From the NCBI GenBank assembly GCA_951406725.2, contig OX597821.1, positions 21,018,001 through 21,082,000 on the forward strand: a stretch of 64,000 nt of DNA, given 5' to 3'. Under the pieces are notes generated by a model. It ran no database searches, was not told where the DNA came from, and was given only the letters and a program-made list of their open reading frames with translations. Shown in pieces: positions 29,246 to 42,866 of the stretch. The DNA comes from Octopus vulgaris. Lineage: Eukaryota. The number at the start of each line of letters is the position of its first letter. The first letter of the stretch is position 1. A program made the translations under genes and the position numbers.

Positions 29246-30344
29246 TATATATATACATGTTTGTATATATTTACACTGGATAATTGTATTGTAGCTTGAA
29301 CGCCTGAAACGTTAACCTGGCATTTTTAGCGAAAAACTAAAATATATATTATGGAATGGTTTCATATATAGGCAAAACGATTAAAATGTGAGATAGACTC
29401 GACCCTAGTTCTTGCCTGAGTGTAGAAAGGTAAATTTGGCCTCCGTGGGATTTGAACTGCGAACATACTATAACATACTGTAAAAGCAGTACTTTCTACA
29501 AAAGGGAATAACGAAATCTGCTTCAGCATGAGAAACTACATCCGTATACCAAATTTGAAAATTTTCTCTTCATTTTAAAATTCCAAAATTTGTGACAGAA
29601 ACAGAAAAGCCTGTAAGTGATTTGCCTTATAAAATAATGCAGTGCAAATGGTGGAAATGGCATGTGCAAAAACTTTGCCAAAAACAGAAAAAGACCCCAC
29701 AAATTACTGCTTATATATTATGTTATGGTATGTTCACATCCCGCTGAGGCCAATTTTCTCTTTCAACCTTCAGTCAATTACTAGATTCGACTGTATGTGT
29801 TAAAATCTTCCCCTCACGTAGTGGTTGCACCCAAGTCGATTTATATAGACAGCAGCTTGGCTTGTTACTTATGGAAACAGATACTAATTTTTATGACATT
29901 TGAGTGGCTATCCTTACCCAAAATCTACAAATTCTAATAGCTATTCACTTATTATTTACGAATTTATTGCAAAACTGAATGTTATTTTCATAATTAGCAT
30001 AGAAGACTACACCAGTAAAATAAATTTGAAAACAACTGGAACAAAATTTAAGAATTGAAAACTGTAAGAACAAACAGTAAGGCTCAGTGATATATGATCC
30101 GACAGCAACGTACACAACGACACTTGTGCAAAGATGCATCAATCCAAATCAGTGGCCCTTCCTTTGAATAAACATCGGCATCATGGATGGGCAATATGTG
30201 CACCCATGAAATACCACCAGCTTGCCAAACGGGGTAGGGCACACATGAAGTGTTGGAGTTTCAATCCGGTTATCCGGCCCAAATCTGCCTCTACATGGCC
30301 AAAAAGAGATTAACCGTGAAAGATGGATGATACTTTTATGAACT

Positions 30345-30957
30345 AATATATCAAAGCAGGGAGCAGGCAGAATTGTTAGCACGTCGGAGGAAATTCGTAG
30401 CGGCATTTCGTCCGTCTTTACATTCTGGGTTCAAATTCCACCGATGTTTGCTTATCTTTTCATCATTTCTCAGTTGATGAAGTACATAGCAATGGACACT
30501 GGAGTCGACATAACAGAGTCCTCGTACCTATTGTAGAAAGCACTATTAAATAGCATATTAAGGTGACAAACTAGCATAATCGTTAGCACGCCGTGTCGAC
30601 TTTATCTTTTACCCATTCGGGGTGAAACACTGGGGTCGATGTAATCGACTAGTCCCCTCCACCAATATTTCAGTCCTTATGCTTTTAACAAAAACGTCAA
30701 CTAAATAACACATCAAGGCGGTAAAGAGGCAGAATTGTTAGAGCATCAAAACACAAAAATTGCTTCGTGGTATTTGCCGCGACTCATTACATTCTGAGTT
30801 CGAACTTCGCCAAGGCCGAATGTCCTTCCTGTTTCCGAGGTCGATAAAATACCTACTTACTTCGCAAGTCCTGAGATCGATAAAATTGAGTTGCCCCCTT
30901 ACATCAAAATTTCTCGCATTGTGCTAAAATTGGAAAGAGTTATTAAATAACATATCG
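30345..30957 (+). mobile_element. Three tandem degenerate family D SINEs
   Basis: GCAGAATTGTTAG-like heads near 30368, 30574 and 30730, each followed by Meta-like sequence. Confidence 0.7.
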
Positions 30958-31328
30958 TTGTTCCGAATTATATATTATATCAACAAATCTTATACTGCTA
31001 AAGGGCAAATTAAATTTCCTGTATATTTTCTCCGAAGACACATATGGAAACTAGAATAATACGCAGTTAATTTGAATACATCAGTTACTGAATTTAAGTT
31101 AAAATTCCAAACACTTTGCAACATTCTGTTTTTCCATTATGCAATTTTCCTTCAACGCCCCCAAACAATCTTCACTTTCACGAGATGTTTTAATGTCTGC
31201 ACTTCGTTTCACATCCCCATTTTGCTCTTATGAATTTTCATAATTCTGTATATCACAATGCTGCAGAGGCCTTTCTTAGACACTGTAATACTATTTCAGT
31301 TTCCGCAATCCATCGTAAACAAGCATTA

Positions 31329-31580
<252 letters not shown>

Positions 31581-32947
31581 TATATACACATAAATGTACG
31601 CGTGCATTTGTGTGTAAGTATGTATATACATGTATCAAAATATATGTGTGCGCATGCATGTATGTGTATGTACATACCTATGGTTATCCATGCAGAAACA
31701 AATTATGTAAAAATTGTGCGTATAAGGTAATTAGATTACTATATAAAATATTCATACACTGGTATTTCTGAATGGTATTATGTGTGACCTGTGAACCATA
31801 TTTTATTAGGAGATCGATAAGTAGAAATCATAACACTGATTGGATTAGTTAAAGAATGATCCCTAGTTGAACGTAAGTGTGCATGTATGCAAACATGCAA
31901 GTATGCATGTATATATGTATATATGTATGTATGTATGTATTTACATGACTATGCTTTACCATGTAAGATTTAAAGACTATGCGGTTTCGAGTGGCTGAAC
32001 GTGTGTGTGTGTGTTTATGTATCTGCGTGCATGTGGAATAATTTATAAGATCATGGAGATTACAAAATCTTGGACAAGCAGCATAGAACCATGTGTAATA
32101 TTTATATGCGTGCGTGTGCTTAAGATCATGCGGGAAAAGCATAGAGAACCTACATAAATGTCTAAGCAAAATATAAAGATGATTCTTGGCCTAGCTTCTT
32201 TCAACTTCTTTATTTAAATACACCTCTTACTCTCTCTTGCTCTCTCACTCTCACTCTCTCACTCTCGTTCTCATTCTCTCTAACTCACTCTCGCTTTCTC
32301 TCTCACTCTCTAACTCTAAGAAATGTAGAGTCTAACAGTGAGAGCAATTACTATTGCAATATGTCATATTTCTCAACAAACCAAAGAGAAATATTTATTT
32401 CACGACTGACTTTATTCTCGAAACGAATTTATGTATTAATGACATTTGATATTCTCTAGGTTTTCATCTTCACGTGTTTCTTCTGTTTTTATAGAATGCA
32501 GAGAGATGACGTAATGGAGATGATTTATTAAATCACTTAGCTAACTTATTTAATGTTTCTGCTAGATTAGTATTATACCAAAGTATGTGTTACTTTTCTG
32601 AGTTAGAGATAACAATTGGTGTCATTATACAGATACTCCGAGGGTATTTTATCTTATAAACCGAAATGGAAAACAGAGCAAATACATGAGTGGTGGTATG
32701 TATGTGTGAATAGTATATTTTTATATACATTTAGGTCTCTTCAGTACTGGATAAAAATCAGATATGATTTAGCATTTGCTCCACTGCTGCTGCGCACATT
32801 TCATCTGCTACTATCAATAAAAAGAAAGTCTCTCAAGACGATCACTGCAATTTAGTGGATTTCCATGTTAAGTAAGAATGTTATATTTATCTACGCATAT
32901 GCATATATACATCCATGCACATATATATATATATCTTTATATATATG

Positions 32948-32988
<41 letters not shown>

Positions 32989-33016
32989 GCATATGCATAT
33001 ATACATACATTTATAA

Positions 33017-33080
<64 letters not shown>

Positions 33081-33085
<5 letters not shown>

Positions 33086-33781
33086 TAAATAATAAGGGTA
33101 GAAATTGATGTTAATCAATTAAAACCAGTGGCTTAGCATATTCAAAAGTACGAATATTAAAAATTGTGTTACATGCAAAATTAAGAGGAATGACCACTAA
33201 AGTGGACACCCTATATGCTAAACATAGACGTCAAATCGCCATTACCACGAAGAATGTGTTCTCAAGAAAAAATTCAGCATAATGTTTAAATATGCTAAGC
33301 CACTGGTTTTAATGGATTAACATCGATTTCTACCCGTATTATTTAATTTTAAATTAAAAAAATGTTCTCTAAGAGGTAAATAGGCTGCTGAAATTTATTA
33401 ACTGCAGAGTAATTTCCGGTCTCAGCGCGCAAAATGAAGGCATTTGAAAAAATAGACCCGAATATAAATTGTAGAACTTGATACATGCTCGATTTCGGTT
33501 AAGCGTTCTGTACCTAGTTCTGGAAATTGTGTTTTGTAAGCGACTACGCTGACGATCTTGGAGATATCTATGTGTTTATATATGTAGATATTAACTAGTG
33601 AAACCAATTGTTACGTAGGTAATCGTTTTATTTCGTATGTTTTGATTTCTCTAGCTCATTTCCACATTTTGGCGTCCTGCTGAGATTTTTTTCTTGAGAA
33701 CACATTCTTCGTTGGAATGGCGATTTGACATTTATGTTTAGCATATAGGGCGCCACTTTAGTGGTCATTCCTCTTAATTTC
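33081..33781 (+). mobile_element. Hammerhead-bearing element with two interlocked inverted-repeat pairs (Penelope pLTR/retrozyme-like)
   Basis: 33081-33142 inverts 33289-33351; about 33178-33278 inverts about 33678-33781; hammerhead at 33544-33618. Confidence 0.8.
33544..33618 (+). ncRNA. Type I hammerhead with extended stem II
   Basis: CUACG-CUGACGA-...AUAUCUA/UAGAUAU...-GAAA-C-CAAUUG-UUA-CGUAG; perfect 5-bp stem I; base of stems II and III partly mismatched. Confidence 0.75.
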
Positions 33782-33790
33782 GTATATATG

Positions 33791-33829
<39 letters not shown>

Positions 33830-34135
33830 TTAAACTTAAAATAATAACGGTGAAAAGTTGAATATTAATTTGATTAATATCAATTTAAAACCACTGGTCT
33901 AGCATATAGAAAACTCTTAAGATTCAGAAAAATTATATTACATACATATAAGAGGGATGACCATTAAATGGACATCGATTATGCTAGAAGTCGACACCCT
34001 ATGGTCTTACCACTAAGAAAGGAATGTTCTCAAGAAAGTTTAGCAAACGCCAGAACTTAAGCGAGCAAGACAAATGAAAAGATACAAAATATACAGATTA
34101 ATCCCAAATCCGGTTTCGTTGTTATCACTTATGTA
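33830..34135 (-). mobile_element. Diverged relative of the 33081-33781 family, truncated at the 3' half of its hammerhead
   Basis: Shares CAATTTAAAACCACTGG.TAGCATA, AAGAGG.ATGACCA.TAAA.TGGACA and ATGTTCTCAAGAAA; minus-strand CGAAACCGG near 34109-34118. Confidence 0.6.
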
Positions 34136-34139
34136 ATTA

Positions 34140-34689
34140 CTTACATAGATATCCGAAACTCATGCTAGAACTGTTGCAAAGTGATCCTTTTAACGCCTGC
34201 ATAGTCTTTTTCTTCACCTCTTCAACATATGCAAATTCCGGAGCACCGGCTTTCTTCACTAGTAATGACCTTCGGAAAAAAATCTGGATCAACTTCCAAC
34301 TGTTTTTTTCAGTTCGCGACACGCATTCAGCTGTGCCTTTTTGATCTTCCTTAAGCAAGCAAGGCACACATTTTTATGCAAATCTTTCGATTCGCAATTC
34401 CTCGATCAAAATTCATTGTCAGGAGCTCCAGGAAACACTAGTTATATGCACAAGATTGTAAGTTGTTTGGTGACGGTCTTCCAAGATCCTAAAGCGTAAA
34501 AACCGCTGGTAAACTTGTGCTTTGCTCATAGCATTAGCTTTGTAAACTCTCACAAGCATTGCAACTGTTTCGGTTGCAGATTTCCCCGAAAAAATTAAAA
34601 GAACAACAGAATTTCTTCTTTTTCATCCATCGCAAAAACTGACGAGCAGGGGAGAAATACTGCAAAATAAAGAGGCTCCACGTGATTAA

Positions 34690-34690
<1 letters not shown>
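34140..34690 (-). mobile_element. Internally deleted mariner/Tc1 transposon relic
   Basis: Minus frames give FAYVEEVKKKTMQALK (mariner C-terminus-like) and a decayed KF/WVP-LL..DQK region. Confidence 0.55.
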
Positions 34691-34720
<30 letters not shown>

Positions 34721-34764
34721 TGTATGTATGTATGTATGTATGTATGTATGTATGTATAAATATA

Positions 34765-35885
34765 GTAGAAGAAAACACCCAGTGTTCCATTTCCCGTCAG
34801 CTGAGTACCGTGCTTCGACAAGATTTCGACCCGTTAAACTCAGCATCTCTCCACACAGTAGGCCCACAACAGCTAGACGTAGTACATTGAAACCGGACTC
34901 ATGACAGTCAGTTTTGAGGCCTTATACGCATTCACAATAATACGCATTATTGATCTTACGTAAACTTGTTTCAATCCTTGCTAGAGAAACTTCATATAGA
35001 GTTATGGGCCAAAGTAGTGTTAGGAGCAACCACACCTTGAACTTCCTTGGTAAACTTGCTTGATCAATGCTTTTTTAGACATGTCTCTGACTGCTTCTGC
35101 AGTTCAACACCACGATGTCTGTCTGTAAGTGGAAAACTGTACCATCTTCCTAGGCTTTTGACACTTTGCTCACGAACAGTTGGTATTTGCTCTCCACCGA
35201 TACTGAAAACCAAATTTACGAGCGATCAACCCTTCAGTGAACGACATCTGACTCCAGTTGATCAGTTCAGACAATCTATTCAAAACTTCTCTGGCAACCG
35301 TGATATTATCCTACAAAATAGTGAGATCATCCATGAACGCACTCAATTCTACTCCTCCTTGGTTTAACCTGTTCTCAGGCTTTAAGCTCCTCAGTATGAC
35401 CTCCATAACCATCACAAAAAGGACTGGGGAGATGGAACAACCCATTGCAATCCCCTTTTGTAGATCAATGTATTCAGTGGTGTACTTTGCAGTAGAGAAC
35501 CGAATCATGAACTAGTCAAAGTATAAGGATAGAACACCTCGGAGTTTGTGGCGCACATAAATCTCCAGGACTACTTGTATCATGTTATGAGACACAGGAC
35601 CATACGCATTTGCTAAGTCCAGCCATACAACATGCAGATCTTTACGCAATGCTTTCTTCTCTTTGATCTAAGGCCAAGTCATTGAGACATGCTCAAGTTA
35701 TCCTGGGAACCCTGGGACACCTGCTTTCTGTATACTAGTGTCCACAAAGCCATTGGCAAACAAGTAGTGAGCCGCTTTGCAAAAAGAGTGCAGAAGAGTT
35801 TTCCGTCAACATTCAGCGAAACTGAGGAAGTGTCATTGAGTTTTCGTCTTTGGGTATATAAATCCCATCAACGTATTAGGGCCAC
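34765..35885 (-). mobile_element. HERO/NeSL-like RLE non-LTR retrotransposon RT relic
   Basis: DLHVVWLDLANAYGPVSH, LQKGIAMGCSISPVLF, AFMDDLTIL and VKSLGRWY motifs, with stops. Confidence 0.85.
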
Positions 35886-38764
35886 CAGAGCCAGCACGTA
35901 TGTATATATATGTCTAAGTGATCATCTGTTTAGACTAGGTTTTTCAGAAAAAAGACATTGACCCCAATTAACTCGCTCATTACAAATCAATCTGTAAGTG
36001 AAACAGTAAAAATATGCATGCCTTTTCTAAGTTTAAAAGCTGAGATACTTCTTTTTATCTAAATTCGAACGATGAATCTCTGCATCTTTGTTAGAAACTA
36101 ACGTCTGAGAAGGAATTCAAATAATTAAAACAAAGGAGAATATACATGTATACATACAGACACACACACACGTACGTACGTACGTACATACATACATACA
36201 TACATACATATATACATACATACATACATACATACATACATACATGAATACATACATACATACATGCATACATACATAAACACGGTTATCGACTTTACAC
36301 GATAGTGTAATGATTTTTGGCAGCTTAGAGTTTGACCGAAAATGAAAAATTTATCGAAGTTATACAAACTGTAATAATATCATTATATCTTTTGACAGGT
36401 GGGGTATGAGGTTTAAATCACTAAATCTATAGGAAAGTTTGAGAAAACAAAAGAGCAACCGCGTTTCTTGATTTCCCCTGAGGTATACTTCTGGTAATTA
36501 ACAAAGCGTGTTTTAGTTGTCCGGACTACGGACTCTATGTAAATAATTACATGTATGACATGAAGCTATATATCATATGTACGTGACAAAATGCTTTCTC
36601 ATCACGCTTATTCTATTGAGGAGATCAGCGATAGCTGGCAACTACGTCTTGCTGATTATATCTACCCCAAAATTACTGAAACAGTGTCTGATGCCATAAA
36701 AATAGTTTACTTTGACATACAAGATCAATAACCAGTGCTATCGGAACTGTAATATTTGTCAAGGAATGTACAGGAAATTTGTAGATATAAATTGTGTACT
36801 TATACAATACAAAATATAAAGGGCTGACTGTATTTCAAAAACATTCATTTAGCCAGCAGATGCATGCAGGTGCTCTCCCAACTGTGGACGATCGTACAGG
36901 CCTAGCAATGCCTTTGAGTAGGAGTGGGGCGATAGAGAATGTGCAGATACCCTCTGTATATATTTATGTATATATACGAGAAATAATTTCGTATAGTCAT
37001 TAGGTGCTATAAAATGCACAGATTTTGTCAGCACCGGCGACGCGACTGCTGCAGCATGTGATTCAACGTAAGATGGACTTCGTCAGAAACAGACACATGA
37101 TCTCCGAATGCTAGATCAAAATCAATCACTGCCAATAAAGTTTAACGCTGGCTAAATAGTTAGTGATGTGTTACTTCATATTCATTTCAAAGGCTACTTC
37201 TGCCTCAAATAGCTCATTTCTACACTGACCGCCACATATTTTGATTCACTTTGTTAATTCTCTACTGCTGAGGAATATTCTAGAAAAAGATATTCTAGAA
37301 AAGGTACAAGCTTGGAAGAGTAAAGTCCTCTCCATATAAACTCGTTCTTAATTCATTAATCTATTGAAATATTATTTTCAAACTTAAATCATAAATGTAT
37401 GTTGTATACTCTTATCATTTGCTAAAGCGAAAGTGCGTAACCTAATGTTTGGAGTCTGGGATTCTTAATCGTTGGATCCAGGATACGTTTCGTGGACCAA
37501 ACAGTGTATTGTGTATTTTGAGCAAGACATCTTCTGTCTGGTTATTCTCATATACTTGGCTGAGAACATGTACTGGTGGCACTTGGGACAGTTAACACTG
37601 AAACATATTGGTTTCTGGCTCAAAAGGGGATAATTTACTAGTTTACAGCCTAAAACTTTTACAATTCAGATATTTTCCTTCCTCATGTAACAATGGCGTC
37701 GAGGCACCTACGCATCGTTTGTTTGGAGTCTTGTAATCTGGTAACGGATAAAATTAAGCAAATGAACTAGATAAATTCTCCTCGTCAATACAGACCTTTG
37801 TTCAGAACGAAAGTGGACCTCGTGACTCATTATCTCGAGATGATTTGGTATCTTCAGTGACGAATACACCGAGATGATTTGATCTATTCACGAACAATGA
37901 GACAAACTAATAGAACTGGAGCCGTTTCACGTTTGTGTACATGGTATAAAAACTATGAGCACCATTTTTTTTTTTCTTATAACTAAGAGAGTTTAAAATG
38001 TGTATTTCAATTCAAACACTCGCCAGTTTCACAATGCTGCTACATACATTAATCCTTCATACTGTTACCTTGGATTTACAACATACTTATGTCAAAGAAG
38101 GTGGGTTGTGAAATGTTATTCTCCACCTTAATCACGGGCCTTTTATAACAGAGCTGAAAGATACTGTACCCCGCAATCTAAGTTTGATGCATTATATACT
38201 TTTATTGTTTGTGGATATATTACTTAGAATAACAACATTAACCTGTTCAATGATTCGAACCAACAACCACGCAGTTGATATGTTGGGTTCCCAAGTACAC
38301 TGTCACATCATACCTCACAAAATATATATCACTCCCAGTTCAGGAAACGTACAATAGGAATTGACTGAATAAAGATGTGTCCGTTCATCTCACCGTCCAT
38401 CAATATTGACATTAAGTTGACAGTAACATACAGAGACGAGAGAAAAAGCTAGAAATAAATACGCCATGAAAGAACAGAAAGATGGAACGAACAAAGAAAG
38501 AATAGACGAAAGAAAAGAAATAAATGAAAGAGAAGAAGAAAAGAAGATAGTCAGATGGTAAAATTTATTGATTACTGATTCACAGTTTTTAACCTAGAAA
38601 AGTTCATAACTGTCTTTAGCCAGTGATGTTTTCTCAGAGAAATTTCTAGAATAAATGGCCAAATGATCGTTCTTGTTTTCTCTTCTTTCCAAGGAAAAGT
38701 AGAAGATACACCATAACACAATAGTAATATATACACACATACATTCATACATACATACATACAT

Positions 38765-38811
<47 letters not shown>

Positions 38812-38855
38812 CGGATGCATATATATACATATATATACGTGTATATACATATATG

Positions 38856-38896
<41 letters not shown>

Positions 38897-39927
38897 TTAT
38901 ATATATATATATGTATATATATTTATATACAATTACAGATATATGTTAGGCAATGCCATTAGTGGTTCATTGTGACTTGCAGAATGGAATAAAAGACAGA
39001 GAAAAGATACCGGGTGTAAAATAGAAGAGTAGGGTTGTGGAGAATGTGAGATATTAGATACATATGGCTCAACGATAAATTTCGAACAGGATAACAATAT
39101 GAAGCTTTAACATCAAAGATGAAAGGTCAATGGCCATACGAATATTTCTTGTAGTATGAAATATATTCTGTAACTATTACGTACAACTGAATATATAAAG
39201 ATGCACACTTACATAAACATATATTAAAATAACAATATATTCAAACACACTCAGATACGCGCGCACACACACACACACGCACACGCACACGCACACACAT
39301 AAGCGGCTAGTGTTTCCATATTAAAAATTGTTTTATTATTTCGTAGGTTAAATGTTATACAACAGTGTAAATATAACAGCATGAATGTATAAAAATATGT
39401 GGAATAGGACATATTTATATGTTTGTGTTTATATATATAAACATATATATATATATAAATCTGTGCGTGTGTGAGTGTGTGCGTGTGTGTACCCATATAT
39501 ACATACATTCGTGTTACTTGATCTTAGAGAGCGTGTGCTCGCAAAAACACTTAAATCTTTTTTTATATCAGATTTTGTTTATTCCTCTCTAGTATCGGAT
39601 AAAATAAAGTCTGAAAAATCTCTTCTTCACAGGTTGTTCACTTTTTCCGATGAACTGCAATGGCGACATGTAAAGATGCCAGTAAACACCGCCATTAAAA
39701 TAACGAGTAGTCATACCTACACACACAAACACAGACGTGTGCACACACATACATATGTGTATGTATGTATGTTCCTATATATTTATTTATGTATCTATAT
39801 ATGTATGTACGTATAAGACCCAAAATAGCAGGTAAGGCTATGTAAATGCTACAGATGGACTGTAGTCAGACTCCCGCTTCGATAATATTATGAGTGAGGA
39901 GTGTCATGTGGGTCGTGTGTGACCATG

Positions 39928-40358
39928 TATATGTTAAATAAAAGGAGACAACAAAAGCAAAGCAATGCGAAACTTTTAGGACATTTATATAGTGGAAGGT
40001 CGTCTTGTAGCTGTTTCATGGATGTGAAAGATAGCGCATCACCAGAGATGATATGAGAGAGTTAAATAGAAGGAAATAGTATAGTGCAATATAAGAAGTT
40101 ATTTTAGAAATGGAGAGATATAGGATGAATAAAGGGAAATATGAAAAAAATATATATATATGTTGGGTGTTACAGTTGCAGTTCCATTATCCAAAGAAAG
40201 TGCTCTACCTATTTCTTTCTATTTAGCTCTCTCATGTCGTCTCTGGTGGGGTAATATCCCATATATCACTGAAACATCTGTAACGCTACCTTCTCTTTAT
40301 AAATGTCCTAGTAATTTCACACTGCCTTGTCTTTGTTGTCTCATTTTATTTAAAATAT
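39928..40358. mobile_element. Old foldback element with a degenerate hammerhead in each arm
   Basis: About 39928-40083 inverts about 40208-40358; hammerhead relics at 40002-40049 (-) and 40239-40286 (+). Confidence 0.65.
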
Positions 40359-40371
40359 ATATGTACATATA

Positions 40372-40567
40372 TCGCCATGATTCACTGCTAGCCACTAAAG
40401 GTTTTTTTTATTCTCTCTCTGTTTATTTTCTCTTGTTCCCTTTTGATGAAGAGTGAAGGCTCGAAACGTAAAATACTTTCTCACTTTCCCGAGCGTTAAA
40501 CTAATATGCCTGCTTGATGTTTACACACCTGTCTTCGTCATTTGTTTTTATTTTGTAAATTCCAACT
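40372..40567 (+). mobile_element. Penelope-like terminal fragment with minimal hammerhead-like motif at about 40441-40473
   Basis: UUGAUGAA-GAG ugaagg CUC-GAAA-CG-UA; weak stem I; ends at (TA)n. Confidence 0.5.
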
Positions 40568-40584
40568 ATATATATATATATATA

Positions 40585-40832
40585 TCACGTAATCACGTGA
40601 CCGACCAGTCTATCAGATGTAGTTACACATCGCTGGTCACAATGCGTTCGCATTGTTTTAGCCTTCGAATGACGCCACCCGCTGGCTAAGCGAGCAGGTC
40701 AACAGTGGAGCCTCGTGGAGCTTTTAGGTGTTTTCGCTCAATAAACACTCACAACGCCCGGTCTGGGAATCGAAACCGCGATCCTACGACCGCGAGTCCG
40801 CTGCCCTAACCACTGGGCCATTGCGCCTCCAC
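40585..40832 (-). mobile_element. SINE family B (tRNA-derived)
   Basis: Minus GTGGAGGCGCAATGGCCCAGTGGTTAGG...GGTTTCGATTCCC. Confidence 0.85.
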
Positions 40833-40833
40833 A

Positions 40834-40909
<76 letters not shown>

Positions 40910-40942
40910 TTTGTTAGAAACTAACGTCTGAGAAGGAATTCA

Positions 40943-40982
<40 letters not shown>

Positions 40983-41011
40983 GAGAAAGAAGCAACAAGA
41001 ATGGATTAGTG

Positions 41012-41100
41012 TTTAGTACAATTGTTTCATACAAAGACAGGCTTTATTACAAGTTGCAAACATTGCAGCAGATAAAAGTGTCCCGTACTCATCAGCTAAA
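41012..41100 (-). ncRNA. Type I hammerhead with long multi-helix stem II
   Basis: Minus: UUUAG-CUGAUGA-GUACGG GACA..UGCAA ugu UUGCA..UGUC UUUGUAU-GAAA-CAAUU-GUA-CUAAA. Confidence 0.8.
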
Positions 41101-41283
41101 ATACATATGAGTTCTCTAGACATCTTAGTGGGTGAGGTTATACTCATGAAATATTGGAGATAATTCCATTAGAGGCAGATATAGGTTGTAAACAGTTTTC
41201 AAAGTTCATTAATGATGATGCACAGTCTTATCACAGATTTTTAAAAACTTATTAGTTTCGAAGAGAAGATGAATCAATCCATA

Positions 41284-41716
<433 letters not shown>

Positions 41717-41794
41717 AGGTCGGAACAATGCGAAATAAATCCAAGACAAATCACATGAAAACAGACATATGAATTAATGGTAACTTACCCTGAC

Positions 41795-41831
41795 ATTCAA
41801 TATTTCAGGGTTATGACCCCTCTTCAGGAAT
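41795..41831 (-). ncRNA. Minimal type I hammerhead (intact core)
   Basis: Minus: AUUC-CUGAAGA-GGGGU caua ACCCU-GAAA-UA-UU-GAAU. Confidence 0.75.
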
Positions 41832-42080
41832 TGGGGAATGTTGCAAATGTAACCCTCCTAAGTAATCATCGAATGTTGCAAAAGAGCATTTGTATGAGTA
41901 TATGGAGAGTAGACATGTGCAGAAGGTTGTTGCTATAGCAACCAGCTAGTTTCTTGCAACTCTCTTATGTTGTTGATAGTCGGGTTCCGTTGGTGTATTC
42001 GTATGGCTTCGGACATTCTAAGGCTGCATCGGTTGCGCTGTGTTGCCCTGATGTGCTCAGTGAACTCTCGGGTCTGGATT

Positions 42081-42118
42081 ATTCTCGAAGAGGCGGTTAT
42101 AATCCTGAAATATTGAAT
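42081..42118 (+). ncRNA. Degenerate partner hammerhead (core UCGAAGA)
   Basis: AUUC-UCGAAGA-GGCGGUUAUAAUCCU-GAAA-UA-UU-GAAU. Confidence 0.55.
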
Positions 42119-42265
42119 GCAGCGTAAGGTACCATTAGTTCATATGTCTATTTTCTTGTAATTTGCATTGAATTTACTTTACCCTACCCACAAATTCTAT
42201 AGAATATATTCCACACAAGGCTTTATACTAACTAGTCCATGATATATGTATATATATATATATAT

Positions 42266-42487
42266 ACAATTGCAGCGTGGAAGGTGTTTATAAGCCATTT
42301 AAGAAACACACGCGGATTTTAGCGACGAAAATATTTTGACAAATTAAACTTAAATGTTGAAGTGAATCGAACGGCTTTTGTGTATTTCTTAAATGGCTTA
42401 TAAACACCTTCCACGCTGCAATTGTTTTCGTTTCAGCACACGATCTCAGATCAAATTACTTACTATGCGAGTACATCTCCGTAATAA
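42266..42487. mobile_element. Small repeat with ~45-bp inverted arms between (TA)n; another partial copy at 45693-45802
   Basis: ACAATTGCAGCGTGGAAGGTGTTTATAAGCCATTTAAGAAA at 42266 is inverted at 42379-42425; 42324-42427 matches 45699-45802. Confidence 0.8.
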
Positions 42488-42568
<81 letters not shown>

Positions 42569-42832
42569 GCATATATATATTCATGTACGTATATGTATGC
42601 GAATCTATATATACTAGTGAATACATATGAATATATCCCTATTTAATTGCACACATATATGAATATGTAAACACATTCACACACGTATATATATATATAT
42701 ATACATCTAAGTTAATGTGAGTGTATTTCTGTTTAGGCTTACACACTTACACACGCACATATATGTACACACAGATGTATAAAAACACACACACATATAT
42801 ATATATATTGAATATATATATATATATGTTTG

Positions 42833-42866
<34 letters not shown>

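Larger units (their letters stand above)
41735..42175. mobile_element. Foldback element with a hammerhead in each ~95-bp arm
   Basis: About 41735-41831 inverts about 42081-42175. Confidence 0.75.

Noticed and set aside
36849-36960. GC-richer patch that could be a host exon (also 23330-23545 and 30090-30340)
   Set aside because: No recognisable protein motif in any frame and no convincing pair of splice sites
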